From NCBI RefSeq assembly GCF_963921235.1, contig NC_086097.1:114764001-114828000 (forward strand): a stretch of DNA of 64,000 nucleotides. The letters are read 5' to 3'. Of this stretch, positions 1 to 11,599 are shown piece by piece (the stretch's first letter is position 1; every line of letters begins with the position of its first letter). Origin of the DNA: Mobula hypostoma. Its lineage: Eukaryota. The translations under genes and the position numbers were made by a program. Under the pieces are notes generated by a model, which was not told where the DNA came from, did no database searches, and saw nothing but the letters and a program-made list of their open reading frames with translations.

Positions 1-68
1 CTTCCAGTCATCCACCACAACTTTTGCTGAAACTAAGGCAAATTGACATTAATCAGGTTCAGTTTAGT

Positions 69-275
69 TAGACCTTTTAGCTATCCTCCTTCCACTCCAC
101 CCTATCTTTTAACTCTGGTATCTTCCCCCTTCCTTCTCAGCTCTGAAGACAGGGATTGGGCCAAGATGTCAACTGCTTACTCCTTTCCATAGATGCTACC
201 TGACCTGCGATTTGGTCCAGCATTTTATGTGTCTTGCTCTGGATTTCCAGCATCAGTAGAATCTCTTGTGTTTAG
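69..275 (+). mobile_element. Penelope-derived pLTR remnant with decayed hammerhead motif
   Basis: Pyrimidine tract, CTGAAGA..GATGTCAACTG and GATGCTACCTGACCTG..CCAGCAT match the intact pLTR at 4600-4874. Confidence 0.7.
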
Positions 276-364
276 GATTCAGACTCAGATTTATTTATCA
301 CACATACATTGAAACATACAGTGAAATTCATCATTTGTATTAACAAACGGCACACCCAAGGATT

Positions 365-806
365 AAGACCGCATAAGTTAATTGATTTGGGTTATACAGG
401 ATAGGGGGTTTTGGATTGGGATTTAGAATTGTCATTTTCATTATATTTTCTTGTAGTTTAACTTTCTTATGCTTCCTGGTATTTTTATATAATCACCCAT
501 AAACATACAATTGTTCAGTGAATTTTCTGGCTGCTTCTGTATTTTTCTAGAAGCTTCTTAGTTTTCTGTAGAAGGTGGCTTGCCAGATATATCTGGCTAT
601 TTCATAGGTCAATTGGAATCACTGGAATTTTGTTATCTCTGGTCTGAGCATGAGATGACAACAACTGCTTTTTCCTCTGTCTTTTCTTTCTTCTCTCTCT
701 CCTCTTTCTTGTACATTTCCCACTCCTGTAACACTTTATCCTGTAAATGATCTAAAACAGTAAGTTTATGGCTCATTCTTGACTTCCGAAGAACCTTTGG
801 ATCACA
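365..806. mobile_element. Possible solo-LTR-like repeat
   Basis: Ends ..TTTGGATCACA and interrupts a SINE-like tail at ~275-362; 5' TG end not resolved. Confidence 0.25.
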
Positions 807-1075
807 AAAGTATTAGGATTCAGCAGAGATCAGGGAAAGATGAATAGAAGGGAGGAAGTCATGGAGGAGTTGTCCACGAGTCTCTGTGGGTGGAAGTTAG
901 AAATAGGAAGGGGTCAATAACTCTAATGGGTGTTTTTTATAGACCACCCAATAGTAACAGGGACATCGAGGAGCAGATAGGGAGACAGATTCTGCAAAGG
1001 AGTAATAATAACAGGGTTGTTGTGGTGGGAGATTTTAATTTCCCAAATGTTGATTGGCATCTCCCTAGGGTTTAG

Positions 1076-1683
1076 ACCATAAGACCATAAGACAAAGGAG
1101 CAGAAGTAGGCCATTCGGCCCATTGAGTCTGCTCCGCCATTTTATCATGAGCTGATCCATTTTATCCTATTTAGTCCCACTGCCCCACCTTCTCACCATA
1201 ACCTTTGATGCCCTGGCTACTCAGATACCTATCAATCTCTGCCTTAAAGACACCCAATGACTTGGCCTCCACTGCTGCCCGTGGCAACAAATTCCATAGA
1301 TTCACTACCCTCTGACTAAAAAAATTTTTTCGCATTTCTGTTCTGAAAGGGCACCCTTCAATCCTGAAGTCATGCCCTCTCGTACTAGACTCCCCCATCA
1401 TGGGAAACAACTTTGCCACATCCACTCTGTCTATGCCTTTTAACATTCGAAATGTTTCTATGAGGTCTCCCCTCATTCTTCTAAACTCCAAGGAATACAG
1501 TCCAAGAGCGGACAAACGTTCCTCATATGTTAACCCTCTCATTCCCGGAATCATTCTAGTGAATCTTCTCTGTACCCTCTCCAACGTCAGCACATCCCTT
1601 CTTAAATATGGAGACCAAAAATGCCCACAGTACTCCAAGTGAGGTCTCACCAGCGCCTTATAGAGCCTCAACATCACATCCTG
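1076..1683 (-). mobile_element. Young CR1 LINE 3' fragment inserted antisense into the host CR1
   Basis: ORF 1171-1677 LYKALVRPHLEYC..RRMRGDLIE..FFSQRVVNLWN; tail ACCATAAGACCATAAGAC is the reverse complement of (TCTTATGG)n. Confidence 0.95.
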
Positions 1684-1765
1684 TCTTCAGAGCTGAGAAG
1701 GAAGGGGGAAGATACCAGAGTTAAAAAGTAGGGTGGAATAGAAGGAGGATAGCTAAAAGTTCTAG
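1680..1765 (-). other. Inverted copy of 69-153 at the CR1 5' junction
   Basis: Reverse complement matches 69-153 with about 5 mismatches (counted by eye). Confidence 0.85.
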
Positions 1766-3745
1766 ATGGAGTGGAGTTTGTTAGATGCATTCAGAAAGGT
1801 TTCTTGACACAATGCAAGAGGACGGGCTGTACTTTATCTGGTATTGGGAAATGAACCTGGTCAGGTGTCAGGTCTCTCAGTAGGAGAGCATTTTGGAGAT
1901 AGTGATCACAATTCTATCTCCTTTACCATAACATTGGAGAGGGATAGGAAAGAACAAGTTAGGGAAACGTTTAATTGGAGTAAGGGGAAATATGAGGCTA
2001 TCAGGCAGGAACTTGGAAGCATAAATTGGAAACAGATGTTGACAGGGAAACGTGCAGAAGAAATGTGGCAAATTTTCAGGGGATGTTTGCATTGGGTTCT
2101 GCGTAGGTACATTCCGATGAATCAGGGAAAAGATGATAGGGTACAGGAACCATGGTGTACAAAAGCTGTTGTAAATCTAATCAAGAAGAAAAGAAGAGCT
2201 TATGAAAGGTTCAAAAAACTAGGTAATGATTGAGTTTTAGAAGATTATAAGGCTAGCAGGAAAAAGCTTAAGAATGAAATTAAGAGAGACAGAAGGGGCC
2301 ATGAGATGGCCTTGGTGGACAGGAGGAAAACCCCAAGGCATTCTACAACTATGTGAAGAGCAAAAGGATAAGACATGACAGAATAGAACTAATCAAGTGT
2401 GACAGTGGAAAAGTGTATATGGAACCGGAGGAGAGAGCAGAGGTACTTAATGAACTTTGCTTCGGTATTCACTACGGAAAAGGATCTTGGCGAATGTAGG
2501 GAAGACTTGCAGCAGACTGAAAAGCTTGAGCATGTAGATATTAATGAAGAGGATGTGCTGGAGGTTTTGGAAAGCATCAAGTTGGATAAGTCACCGGGAC
2601 CAAATGGGATGTACCCTAGGCTACTGTGGGAAGCGAGGGAGGCGATTGCTAAGCCTCTGGCAATGACCTTTGCATCATCAATGAGGACAGGGGAGGTTTC
2701 GGAGGATTGGAGGGTTGTGGATGTTGTTCCCTTGTTCCAGAAAGGGAGTAGAGATAGCCCAGGAAATTATAGACCAGTGAGTCTTACTTCAGTGAATGGT
2801 AATTTGATGGAGAAGATCCTGAGAGGCAGGATTTATGAACATTTGGAGAGGCATAATATGATTAGGAATAGTCAGCATGGCTTTGTCAAAGGCAGGTCGT
2901 GCCTTATGAGCCTGACTGAATTTTTTGAGGATGTGACTAAACACATTGATGAAGGTAGAGTCATAGATGTAGTGTATATGGATTTCAGCAAGGCATTTGA
3001 CCCCATGCAAGGCTTATTGAGAAAGCAGGCATAGGATCCAAGGGGACATTGCTTTATGGATCCAGATTTGGCTTGCCCACAGAAGGCAAAGAGTGGTTGG
3101 AGATGGGTCATATTCTGCATGGAGGTTGGTGATCAGTGGTGTGCCTCAGGGATCTGATCTGGGACCCCTGCTCTTTGTGATTTTTATAAATGACTTGGAT
3201 GAGGAAGTGCAGGGATGGGTTAGTAAATCTGCTGATAACACAAAGGTTGGAGGTGTTGTGGATAGTGTGAAGGGCTCTCAGAGGTTACAGCGGGACATTA
3301 ATAGGATGCAAGACTGGGCTGACAAGTGGCAGATGGATTTCAACCCAGATAAGTGTGATGTGGTTCATTTTGGTAGGTCAAATATGATGGCAGAATATAG
3401 TATTAATGGTAAGACTCTTGGCAGTGTGGAAGATCAGAGGAATCTTGGGGTCTGAGTCCATAGGACACTCAAAGCTGCTGCACAGGTTGACTCTGTGGTT
3501 AAGAAGGTATACGGTGCATTGGCCTTCATCAATCATGGGATCGAGTTTAAGAGCCGAGAGGTAACATTGCAGGTATATAAGACCCTGGTCAGACCCCACC
3601 TGGAGTACTGTGCTCAGTTCTGGTCACCTCACTAGAGGAAGGACATGGAAACCATAGAAAGGGTGCAGAGGAGATTTACAAGGATGTTCACATAAGAGTT
3701 GCTGGTGAACGCAGCAGGCCAGGCAACATCTCTAGGAAGAGGGGC

Positions 3746-3781
3746 AGTCGACGTTTCAGGCCGAGACCCTTCGTCAGGACT
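3746..3781 (-). ncRNA. Minimal hammerhead ribozyme in inverted Penelope arm
   Basis: Reverse complement AGTC-CTGACGA-AGG gtctcgg CCT-GAAA-CG-TC-GACT. Confidence 0.8.
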
Positions 3782-3931
3782 AACTGAAGGAAGAGTGAGT
3801 AAGGAATTGAAAGTTGGAGGGGGAGGGGGAGATCCAAAATGATAGGAGACGACAGGAGGGGGAGGGATGGAGCCAAGAGCTGGACAGGTGATAGGCAAAA
3901 GGGATACGAGAGGATCATGGAACAGGAGGTC

Positions 3932-4447
3932 TTTCCCTCCCCCCCTCTCTCTGCATTCCGCAGGGATCGCTCCCTACGCAACTCCCTTGTCCATTCGTCC
4001 CCCCCATCCCTCCCCACTGATCTCCCTCCTGGCACTTATCCGTGTAAGCGGAACAAGTGCTACACATGCCCTTACACTTCCTCCCTTACCACCATTCAGG
4101 GCCCCAAACAGTCCTTCCAGGTGAGGCAACACTTCACCTGTGAGTCGGCTGGGGTGATATACTGCGTCCGGTGCTCCCGATGTGGCCTTTTATATATTGG
4201 CGAGACCCGACGCAGACTGGGAGACCGCTTTGCTGAACATCTACGCTCTGTCCACCAGAGAAAGCAGGATCTCCCAGTGGCCACACATTTTAATTCCACA
4301 TCCCATTCCCATTCTGACATGTCTATCCACGGCCTCCTCTACTGTAAAGATGAAGCCACACTCAGGTTGGAGGAACAACACCTTATATTCCGTCTGGGTA
4401 GCCTCCAACCTGATGGCATGAACATCGACTTCTCTAACTTCCGTTAA
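3932..4447 (+). pseudogene. C-terminal Cys-rich linker + GIY-YIG endonuclease of Penelope ORF (partial, frame open)
   Basis: CKRNKCYTC..GVIYCVRCSRCGLLYIGETRRRLGDRFAEH..VATHFN..LEEQHLIFRLGSLQPDGMN. Confidence 0.9.
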
Positions 4448-4743
4448 TGTCCCACCTCCCCCTCGTACCCCATCTGTTACTTATTTTTATACACACATTC
4501 TTTCTCTCACTCTCCTTTTTCTCCCTCTGTCCCTCTGAATATGCCCCTTGCCCATCCTCTGGGTCCCCCCCCCACCCTGGTCTTTCTTCCCGGACCTCCT
4601 GTCGCATGATCCTCTCGTATCCCTTTTGCCTATCACCTGTCCAGCTCTCGGCTCTATCCCTCCCCCTCCTGTCTTCTCCTATCATTTTGGATCTCCCCCT
4701 CCCCCTCCAACTTTCAAATCCCTTACTCATTCTTCCTTTAGTT

Positions 4744-4779
4744 AGTCCTGATGAAGGGTCTCGGCCTGAAACGTCGACT
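4744..4779 (+). ncRNA. Minimal type I hammerhead ribozyme in Penelope pLTR
   Basis: AGTC-CTGATGA-AGG gtctcgg CCT-GAAA-CG-TC-GACT: core boxes intact, helix I AGTC/GACT, helix II AGG/CCT, palindromic ACGT helix III, GUC cleavage triplet. Confidence 0.82.
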
Positions 4780-5779
4780 GTACCTCTTCCTAGAGATGCT
4801 GCCTGGCCTGCTGCGTTCACCAGCAACTTTTATGTGTGTTGCTTGAATTTCCAGCATCTGCAGAATTCCTGTTGTTTACAAGGATGTTGCCTGGATTGGG
4901 TAGCATGCCTTATGAGCATAGGTTGAGTGAACTCGACCTTTTCTCCTTGGAGTGACGGAGGATGAGAGATGACCTCATAGAGGTGTGCATGATGATGAGA
5001 GGCACCGATCATGTGGATAGTCAGAGGCTTTTACCCCAGGACTGAAATGGGCATTACGAGAGGGCACAGTTTTAAGGTGGTTGGAAGTAGGTACAGAGGA
5101 GATGTCAGGGGTTAGGTTTTTACGTAGAGAGTGGTGATTGCGTGGAATGGGCTGCCGGCGGCAGTGGTGGAGGCAGAAACGATCGGGATTTTTAAGGGAC
5201 TGCTGGAGAGGTACATGGAGCTTAGAAAAATAGAGGGCTATGGGTAACCCTGGGTAATTTCTAAGGTAAGAACATGTTTGGCACAGCTTTGTGGGTGGAA
5301 GGGCCTGTATTGTGCTGTAGGTTTTTGATGTTTCTATGTTTCTATGTTAGAAAATCTGAGATAAATAAATTTTGCAGTGGTCAGATAGGGACGGATGATT
5401 TGGAATTGTGAAAATAAAGGCAAAAGTGGACTTGCATTTTGAGATCATTGTTGACCTAGACTGAAGGTTCTTATGTCAACTCTTATAAAACATTTTCTTA
5501 GATATTTATCTAACACTTTCAAGTGATTTCAGCTCCAAACTAATACGACTTGTGTTTGATGAGGAAAGGACTGGTACTTTCGAGAGGTCAATTGTTTCTA
5601 AAAATACATTTATCATTCCTTCCTCCTGCAGCAAACAGCTTAGATATTAACATTAATCATTCAAAATTTAAAAACAAAGTAATCACATAATGATCTATTG
5701 AATTTGCATGAATTCAACTCTGCATTTGTGATTAGATGTAAATAAAAAGGGAAAATGCCTGTTTAAGGCAACCCACTTA

Positions 5780-6843
5780 TAATGCTGGAGAAACTCAGCA
5801 GGTCAGGCAGCTTCTATGGAAATGAATAAACAGTAGATGTTTCAGGCTGAGATCCTTCTTCAAGAATGAAAAGAAAGGGGGAAGTCACCAGAATAAAAAA
5901 GGTAAGGGAAAGGGAAGGAGGACAACTGGAAGGTGATAGGTGAAGCCAAGTGTGTGGGAAAGATAAAGGGCTGGAGATGAGGGTACCAGATAGGAGAGGG
6001 AAGTGGACCATTGGAGAAAGGGAGGGAGAAGGGAACCCATGGGGAGGTGATAAGCAGGTGAGAACAGGTACAGTACTGTGCAAACATCGTAGGTACATAA
6101 TATATATATAGCTAAGACTTTTGCACTGTACTGTATTTGTCAATGTGGAGTGGAGAGCGAGTTTGTAGATTTGGTGGGACAAAGGAATGGTGAGAGTGGA
6201 GTGCTGCATGAGAGTTGTGGCACAGGTGGCAGAGAAGGACTGCCAGGGTGGGGGCTGGGGGGGAGGGGGAGTGTGTTGGTGTATGTGCAGACACAACCAG
6301 CCCAGAGACAAGCAAGGTCATTTGATTCCAAACAATTGGTTTGTTGATCATTCCAGAATATCTCTCTGGAGCTTTCTTCTCTCCCCTTTTCCCAACCATG
6401 ATTCTCTTCTCCCTGCCCCCTTCCCACTCTCAGTCCACACCAGAGATCCATATCAAAATCAGGTTTATCATCACTCACAGATGTTATGAATTTTGTTTTT
6501 TTGTGGCAGCAGTACAGTGCAATAGATAAAATTACTACAGCACCGTGCAGAAGTCTTAGGCACTCTAGCTATACATGTGTGCCTAAGACTTTTGCACGTT
6601 ACTGCAAGAGGCCAGAGTGGAGAATAGCAGAAGAGGGGAGGGAAGGGAATTTTTTATTACCAGAAGGAGAAATTGATTCTCAGGTTGGAGGTGACCCAAA
6701 GTGTTGTTCCTCCACCCTGAGAGTGCTCTCATCATGGCACAAGAGGAGAGCATGGGCTAACATGTCAGAATGGGAATGGGAATCGGAATTAAAATGTTTG
6801 TCCACCAAGAAGTTCTGCTTTGGTGGATGGAGTGGAGGTGCGT
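5780..6843 (-). mobile_element. Old Penelope 3' remnant split by a MITE
   Basis: Antisense pLTR 5780-6068 and decayed GIY-YIG end 6607-6843 (GGGAATGGGAATCGGAATTAAAATGT matches reverse of 4283-4320). Confidence 0.75.
6069..6606. mobile_element. Composite Tc1/mariner-type MITE: two mini-MITE hairpins flanking ~400 bp cargo
   Basis: TACAGTACTGTGCAAA..TTTGCACTGTACTGTA at 6069-6135 and TACAGCACCGTGCAGAAGTCTTAGGCAC..GTGCCTAAGACTTTTGCAC at 6536-6606. Confidence 0.75.
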
Positions 6844-7509
6844 GACTGCCTGTATAAGCCTTGTAGTCATTGGAAAGACTTTCACTGTTGATCTACTTAA
6901 TAATGCACACATCAAGAATACCATTGTGTCAGATGACCTTGACTGGAACTCATCTGAGAATGATAAAGATTACTTCCCCCCCATTTCACCTTCATTCTTG
7001 TATCCCAGAGATGAGAGATCGTGGCTTTAAAATAGCACTGCAACATGATTTGCCATCTGTTGCCATTATCTGATCCCTTGGTGTGCATCATTGTCATTCT
7101 TGTAATTTTTCCCCTTTATCGAGGACTCATATAGAATAAAAGGCATAAGTGGATATTTTCCATTAACTGTGGTACAATTTTTACCAGCATATACATTTAC
7201 CAATAGCTATTAATTTGCTCGCTGAAGTATGACTGATGTGGAAATCAAAATCAAATCTATGCAATAGCTTTCATGAAAATAACACAAGGCAAAATGAATA
7301 TGGTGCTACATAATAAACCCCTTTCATTAAAATTTCTTCCCATGCTTTCTGGTATCATAGCAGCAGACTTCAAAGATGGGAGTTACCTAACAATAACTTC
7401 TGTTTCTTTAGCATTTATTAAACCATGCGACTTCTCAGATAGGGCGTTACTACCAATAAGAGAGAGGGAGGGTCAAGAAAGAAAAATTCTCCATTGAAAC
7501 AAAAAGTTA

Positions 7510-7662
7510 GCCTCCTTCCCCTCCCACCACCTTTTTAATCTATGTCTTCACCCTTCCTTCTCAGTCCTGAAGAAGGGTCTCAGCCCGAGATGTTGACAGT
7601 TTATTCATTTCAATAGATGCTGACCGACCTGCTGAGTTCCCCCAGCACTTTGTGTGTGTTGA
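7510..7662 (+). mobile_element. Penelope pLTR remnant
   Basis: AGTCCTGAAGAAGGGTCTCAGCCCGAGATGTTGACAG..GATGCTGACCGACCTGCTGAGTTCC. Confidence 0.75.
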
Positions 7663-7855
7663 TGGCAGAGTGTTGGTGAATGGATACTGACTGTCAAGGA
7701 CTATACAACTCATGTTCTCAGTATTATTTATTTATTTATATATATATTTATTGTTATTATTATCCTTTTTGTACCTGCACAGTTTATCTTCTGCACATTG
7801 GTTGTTTGTCAGTCTTTGAGTGTAGTTCTTCATTGATTTTGTTGTACTTCTTTGT

Positions 7856-9470
7856 AGAAAAGCCAGTCAAGAGCTTAGGCAAGGTTTTTGACAGCTCTTT
7901 AAGGGACACAACATCCACTCAGGCGACCTGCATCGAGTTGGATGGCTGGCTGAAATCTGTGGACAAGTCTGGCCTACCTGGGAAGTTTAAAGCCTGGGTG
8001 TATCAGCATGGCATTCTTCCCAGAATCCTATGGCCCCTCCTCGTCTATGCAGTTCCGATCTCAACAGTCGAAACCTTAGAGAGGAGGGTTAGCAACCACC
8101 TCAGGAGATGGCTGGGACTGGCAAAGAGCCTGAGCAGCATCACACTCTATGGACACCACAACAAACTGCAACTGCCCTTCAAATCCTTGGAGGAGGAACT
8201 CAAGGTAACAAGAGCCAGAGAAGTGCTACAGTACAGGGACTTAAGGGATCCGAAGGTGGCTAGAGCAGGGATCCAAGTGAGGACTGGCAGGAAGTGGAGG
8301 GCAGAGGAAGCTGTTCAGGAAGTGGAGGCGAGGCTGCATCACAGGAGGCTGGTGGGAGTGGTCACACAAGGCCGAGCTGGGCTAGGATCCTTTCCAACTC
8401 CTCAAATGGACACCAGAGGGAAGGAAAGGCGTCGTCTAGTTCAGGAGGAGGTGAGGGCAGTAGTGGAGGAGATGAGAGCCTACAAGGCAGTGGGAATGAA
8501 GCAACAGGGAGCTTGGACAAGATGGGAGAAGGCGGTTGAGAGGAAAGTGATCTGGACTGATACTTGGAAAGCCGAACCACACCACATCTAATTTCTCATC
8601 CAGGCAGTGTATGATGTGCTTCCAAGCCCATCAAACCTGCACACATGGGGCAAGGCAGAGTCATCTGCGTACCCACTGTGCTCCAAGTGAGGAACCCTGG
8701 AGCACATCCTCAGCGGTTGTACAAGGGCACTTGGTGAGGGACGGTACAGGTGGAGGCATGATCAGGTCCTGAAGACCATCGCTGAAGCCGTCAGTGCAGG
8801 AGTTGAGTGGGCGAAGCGGTCCCGACCCTCCAAGCAGACCATTGCCTTTGTCAGAGCTGGGGAGCAGCCAATACCTGCCAAAAGAACATCTGCAGGCATT
8901 CTGACCTCTGCAAGGGACTGGCAGCTGTTGGTGGACCTCAAAGGGCAGCTGAAGTTCCCCAATCATATTGCAGCTACCACCCTGCAACCAGACATTTGTC
9001 CTAGTGTCTGAGTCGACTAAGCAAGAGGTGCTGCTGGAGCTGACAGCCCCATGGGAAGATAGCTTGGAAGAGGCCTTTGAAAGGAAGCTCTCCAAGTACG
9101 CAGGACTGATCAGCAACTGTCAGCAGGCTGGATGGAGAGTGAGGTGTCTCCCAGTGGAGGTTGGTTGTAGGGGATTCATAGCCCGTCCTTTAGTTAGAGC
9201 CTTCAGCATTTTGGGCATCGAGGGAGAGAGGAAGAGGAGAGCCATCCGCAGTACCACCGATGCAGCAGAGAGGGCCTCAGGATGGCTGTGGCTCAAAAGA
9301 GGGGAGCCATGGAGTCATAAGTAGCTAGCCATCTGGACACAAGCTGGGGTCTGATCAGCCCCGGCTGGGTCACCTAGAGGAGGCTGTATGATGTTGAAAG
9401 ACCCGAAACACCCGATGATTCCAGGAACATCACTGAAGATGTGTCCAGAAGCATCAGTAGATGTATGTAC
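7856..9470 (+). mobile_element. Hero-type (R2 group) non-LTR retrotransposon, 5'-truncated, with RT thumb, Zn knuckle and restriction-like endonuclease
   Basis: EKPVKSLGK..DKSGLPGKFKAWVYQHGILPRILWPL..RTGRKW; decayed CCHC knuckle (PLCSK.GTLEHILSGC), YRWRHDQVL, PD..LLELTAPWE..ERKLSKY..PVEVGCRGF; sits inside a LINE 3' UTR (7695-7855 and 9475-9570). Confidence 0.88.
9332..9464 (+). ncRNA. Structured 3' UTR RNA element of Hero retrotransposon (copy 1)
   Basis: Seven candidate helices, five with compensatory changes relative to 60215-60349. Confidence 0.7.
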
Positions 9471-9749
9471 TCAGCTGTTCTAGTCTGAATGCCCACAAGA
9501 AAGTGAATAATCTCAGGGTAGTACATGCTGGCACATTGATAATAAAACTACCTTCAACTTCGAAGTTTTAAATTTCAGAAGGTGCAGAGGTGCATTAAGA
9601 GTGGCTTTGCACTCTACCTGGATCGAAAAAAAATCTGTTTTAAATTAAGTTTTAAATATAAATGAATGTTAGAAATACTCAATATATCACTTAGTATCTG
9701 TGGAAAGAGAAATAGTCAATGTTTCAAGTCACCAATACAGTATATCTTT

Positions 9750-10315
9750 GTCAAAGTCAAAGTCAGAGTGAAGTTATTATTCAAGTATGTATATGTGAAT
9801 ATATATTACCTCAAGATTCACTTTCTTGCTGGAATTTACAGGTAATAAATAAATACAATAAAATTTTTGAAAACTACATAGAAACAAAGACTGAAAAACA
9901 ACCAATGTGCAAAAGGATACAAATAGTGCAAACAAAAACAAATAAATATAACAATACAGAGCACATGAGTTGGCGAGACCATGAAATTAAGTCTGTAGTT
10001 TGTGGGATCTGTTCAGAGTTGAGGTGAGTGAAGTTATCTACACTGGTTCAGGAGCCTATGGTTGAAGGGTAATGACTGTTCCTGAGTCTGCTGGTGTGGG
10101 ACCTAAGGATCCTGTATGTCCTGCCCAGTCATAGTAGTGAGAAGAGAGCGTGGCCTGGATGGAGGGGGTCCTTGATGAAGGATGCTGCTTTCTTGTGGCG
10201 GAGCCCCATGTAAAATGTGTTCATTTGTGGAGAGGGCTTTGCCTGTGATGGCCTGGGTTGTATCCACCATCTTCCATAGACGTTTCCATTCCTGAGCACT
10301 GGTGTTTTCGTACCA
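9750..10315 (-). mobile_element. Rex1/Babar-like LINE 3' fragment
   Basis: KKAASFIKDPLHPGHALFSLL in ORF 10129-10434; (CAAAGT)n tail near 9750. Confidence 0.7.
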
Positions 10316-10999
10316 GACTCTTTAAGAATTTGTAGCATTGATTCTGCTTCTCTCTCCTGACATGTTGTGTATTTCCAATATTTTCTGAATTTTAGACGGA
10401 TATTACTTTTATCCAGTGCTATCCTGTGTAACACCTTTATTTCTGTTTTATCTTACTGAATGTGTGCAGGAACAGCAGTTTTCAGCCCTTTGACATCCTC
10501 CCAGTTCCTGTAATCTCCAGTTCAGTCTTTAGCGAATTTTCATGTTCTCTCTGTGACTCTGTGAGTTTCTCCTAAGTGCTCCAGTTTCCTCCCACTTTGC
10601 CAAAGACATTTTGGTTGTAATCTGACTTGACACTCTAAATCCTCCCTTGCTTACTGATAGGTGGATGGCTGGGGAAATGGTTTGATTGCTCAAGATTCCT
10701 ATCCCTGTATTTTAGCTTACACTGGGGAGACATCGGAAGTCCACTTGCTTTCAGCACTAGGGAATGTGGTGAGAAGCCTTTAGCAAGAAGACTGGGTCGC
10801 GATGAGCCAAAAATTGATCAAAATTGACTGCAATTCCTGTCTAATGTGTTGTGGGAAGTTCAGTGTCGAAGATGAACTTTTCAAATTGGCTGTAGGCTGA
10901 AAGGGAAACCCTGCAGTACTTGTTGATATAGAGGCAATCTTTCCTTCTGGGCCAATGCCAAGTAATATTGTCACCAGAGTAGAGACCAAAGGGGATGCT

Positions 11000-11312
11000 T
11001 CCATTCAACTTCACTCGCCCCATCATTGAAATGTTCCCACGACCTATAGTCTCACCTTCAAGGACTCTTCATCTTATGTTTTCGATATTTATTGCTTATT
11101 TATTTATAATAACTTCTTTCTTTTGTACGTGCACAGTTCATTGTTCTTTGCACACTGGTTGAATGCCCAGGATTCTGCGGTCTTTCACTGATTCTATTAT
11201 GGTCATTATTATATTATGGATTTCTTAGTATGCCTGCAAGAAAATAAATCTCAAGGTTGTATATGGTGACATATATGTACTTTGATGATAAATTTACTTT
11301 GAACTTTGAACT
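11000..11312 (+). mobile_element. Rex1/L2-type LINE 3' UTR
   Basis: AATCTCAAGGTTGTATATGGTGACATATATGTACTTTGATGATAAATTTAC followed by (TTTGAAC)n tail. Confidence 0.65.
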
Positions 11313-11599
11313 TAATAAAGTGACTCTGGGTGTCTGGTTTCCATCCTGAACAAGCATGAACACCTGTGAATTGTTAAGTTTTAGATTTTGAGAGTAAATT
11401 TTTCTCCCTCAAAGCATTTTTGTTCTACTAATGGTTGGACATCAAACATTCCTACATTGGATAAACAGTACAGTGGAAAGGTTGTATCAATCAAGCTGTT
11501 ACTGACAGAATATTTGTATTACAAGAATGACAGAGAAGAGGTTGAAGGCAGAACATGCTGAGTGATCACTGTGGTAATGTCGAACTAAAATCATCAAGA

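Larger units (their letters stand above)
3689..4874 (+). mobile_element. Penelope-like element (Neptune-like), 5'-truncated, with inverted pLTR arm and 14-bp TSD
   Basis: TSD TTTACAAGGATGTT at 3675-3688 and 4875-4888; arm 3689-3931 is the inverse of 4593-4836; GIY-YIG frame inside. Confidence 0.93.
840..5348 (+). mobile_element. 5'-truncated CR1 LINE (decayed APE endonuclease + reverse transcriptase), host to two nested insertions
   Basis: Fragments GVFYRPPN, VVGDFNFP, GDSDHNSI, GNYRPVSLTS, QHGFVKGRSC, YMDFSKAFD, GVPQGS, ADNTK; tail TTTCTATGTTTCTATGTT at ~5331-5348; stops and frameshifts. Confidence 0.95.

Noticed and set aside
3839..3931. Start of the 202-aa GIY-YIG ORF as a stand-alone gene
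   Set aside because: The ATG and first ~30 codons come from the inverted pLTR arm; a junction product.
7680..7855. N-terminus of the 303-aa ORF
   Set aside because: Chance read-through from an AT-rich LINE UTR; Hero similarity starts at EKPVKSLG.
9388..9440. Hammerhead reading of the Hero UTR (TGATG..GAAAC and CTGAAGA)
   Set aside because: No helix II between the boxes, GAAA absent in copy 2, and the covarying helices give a different topology.
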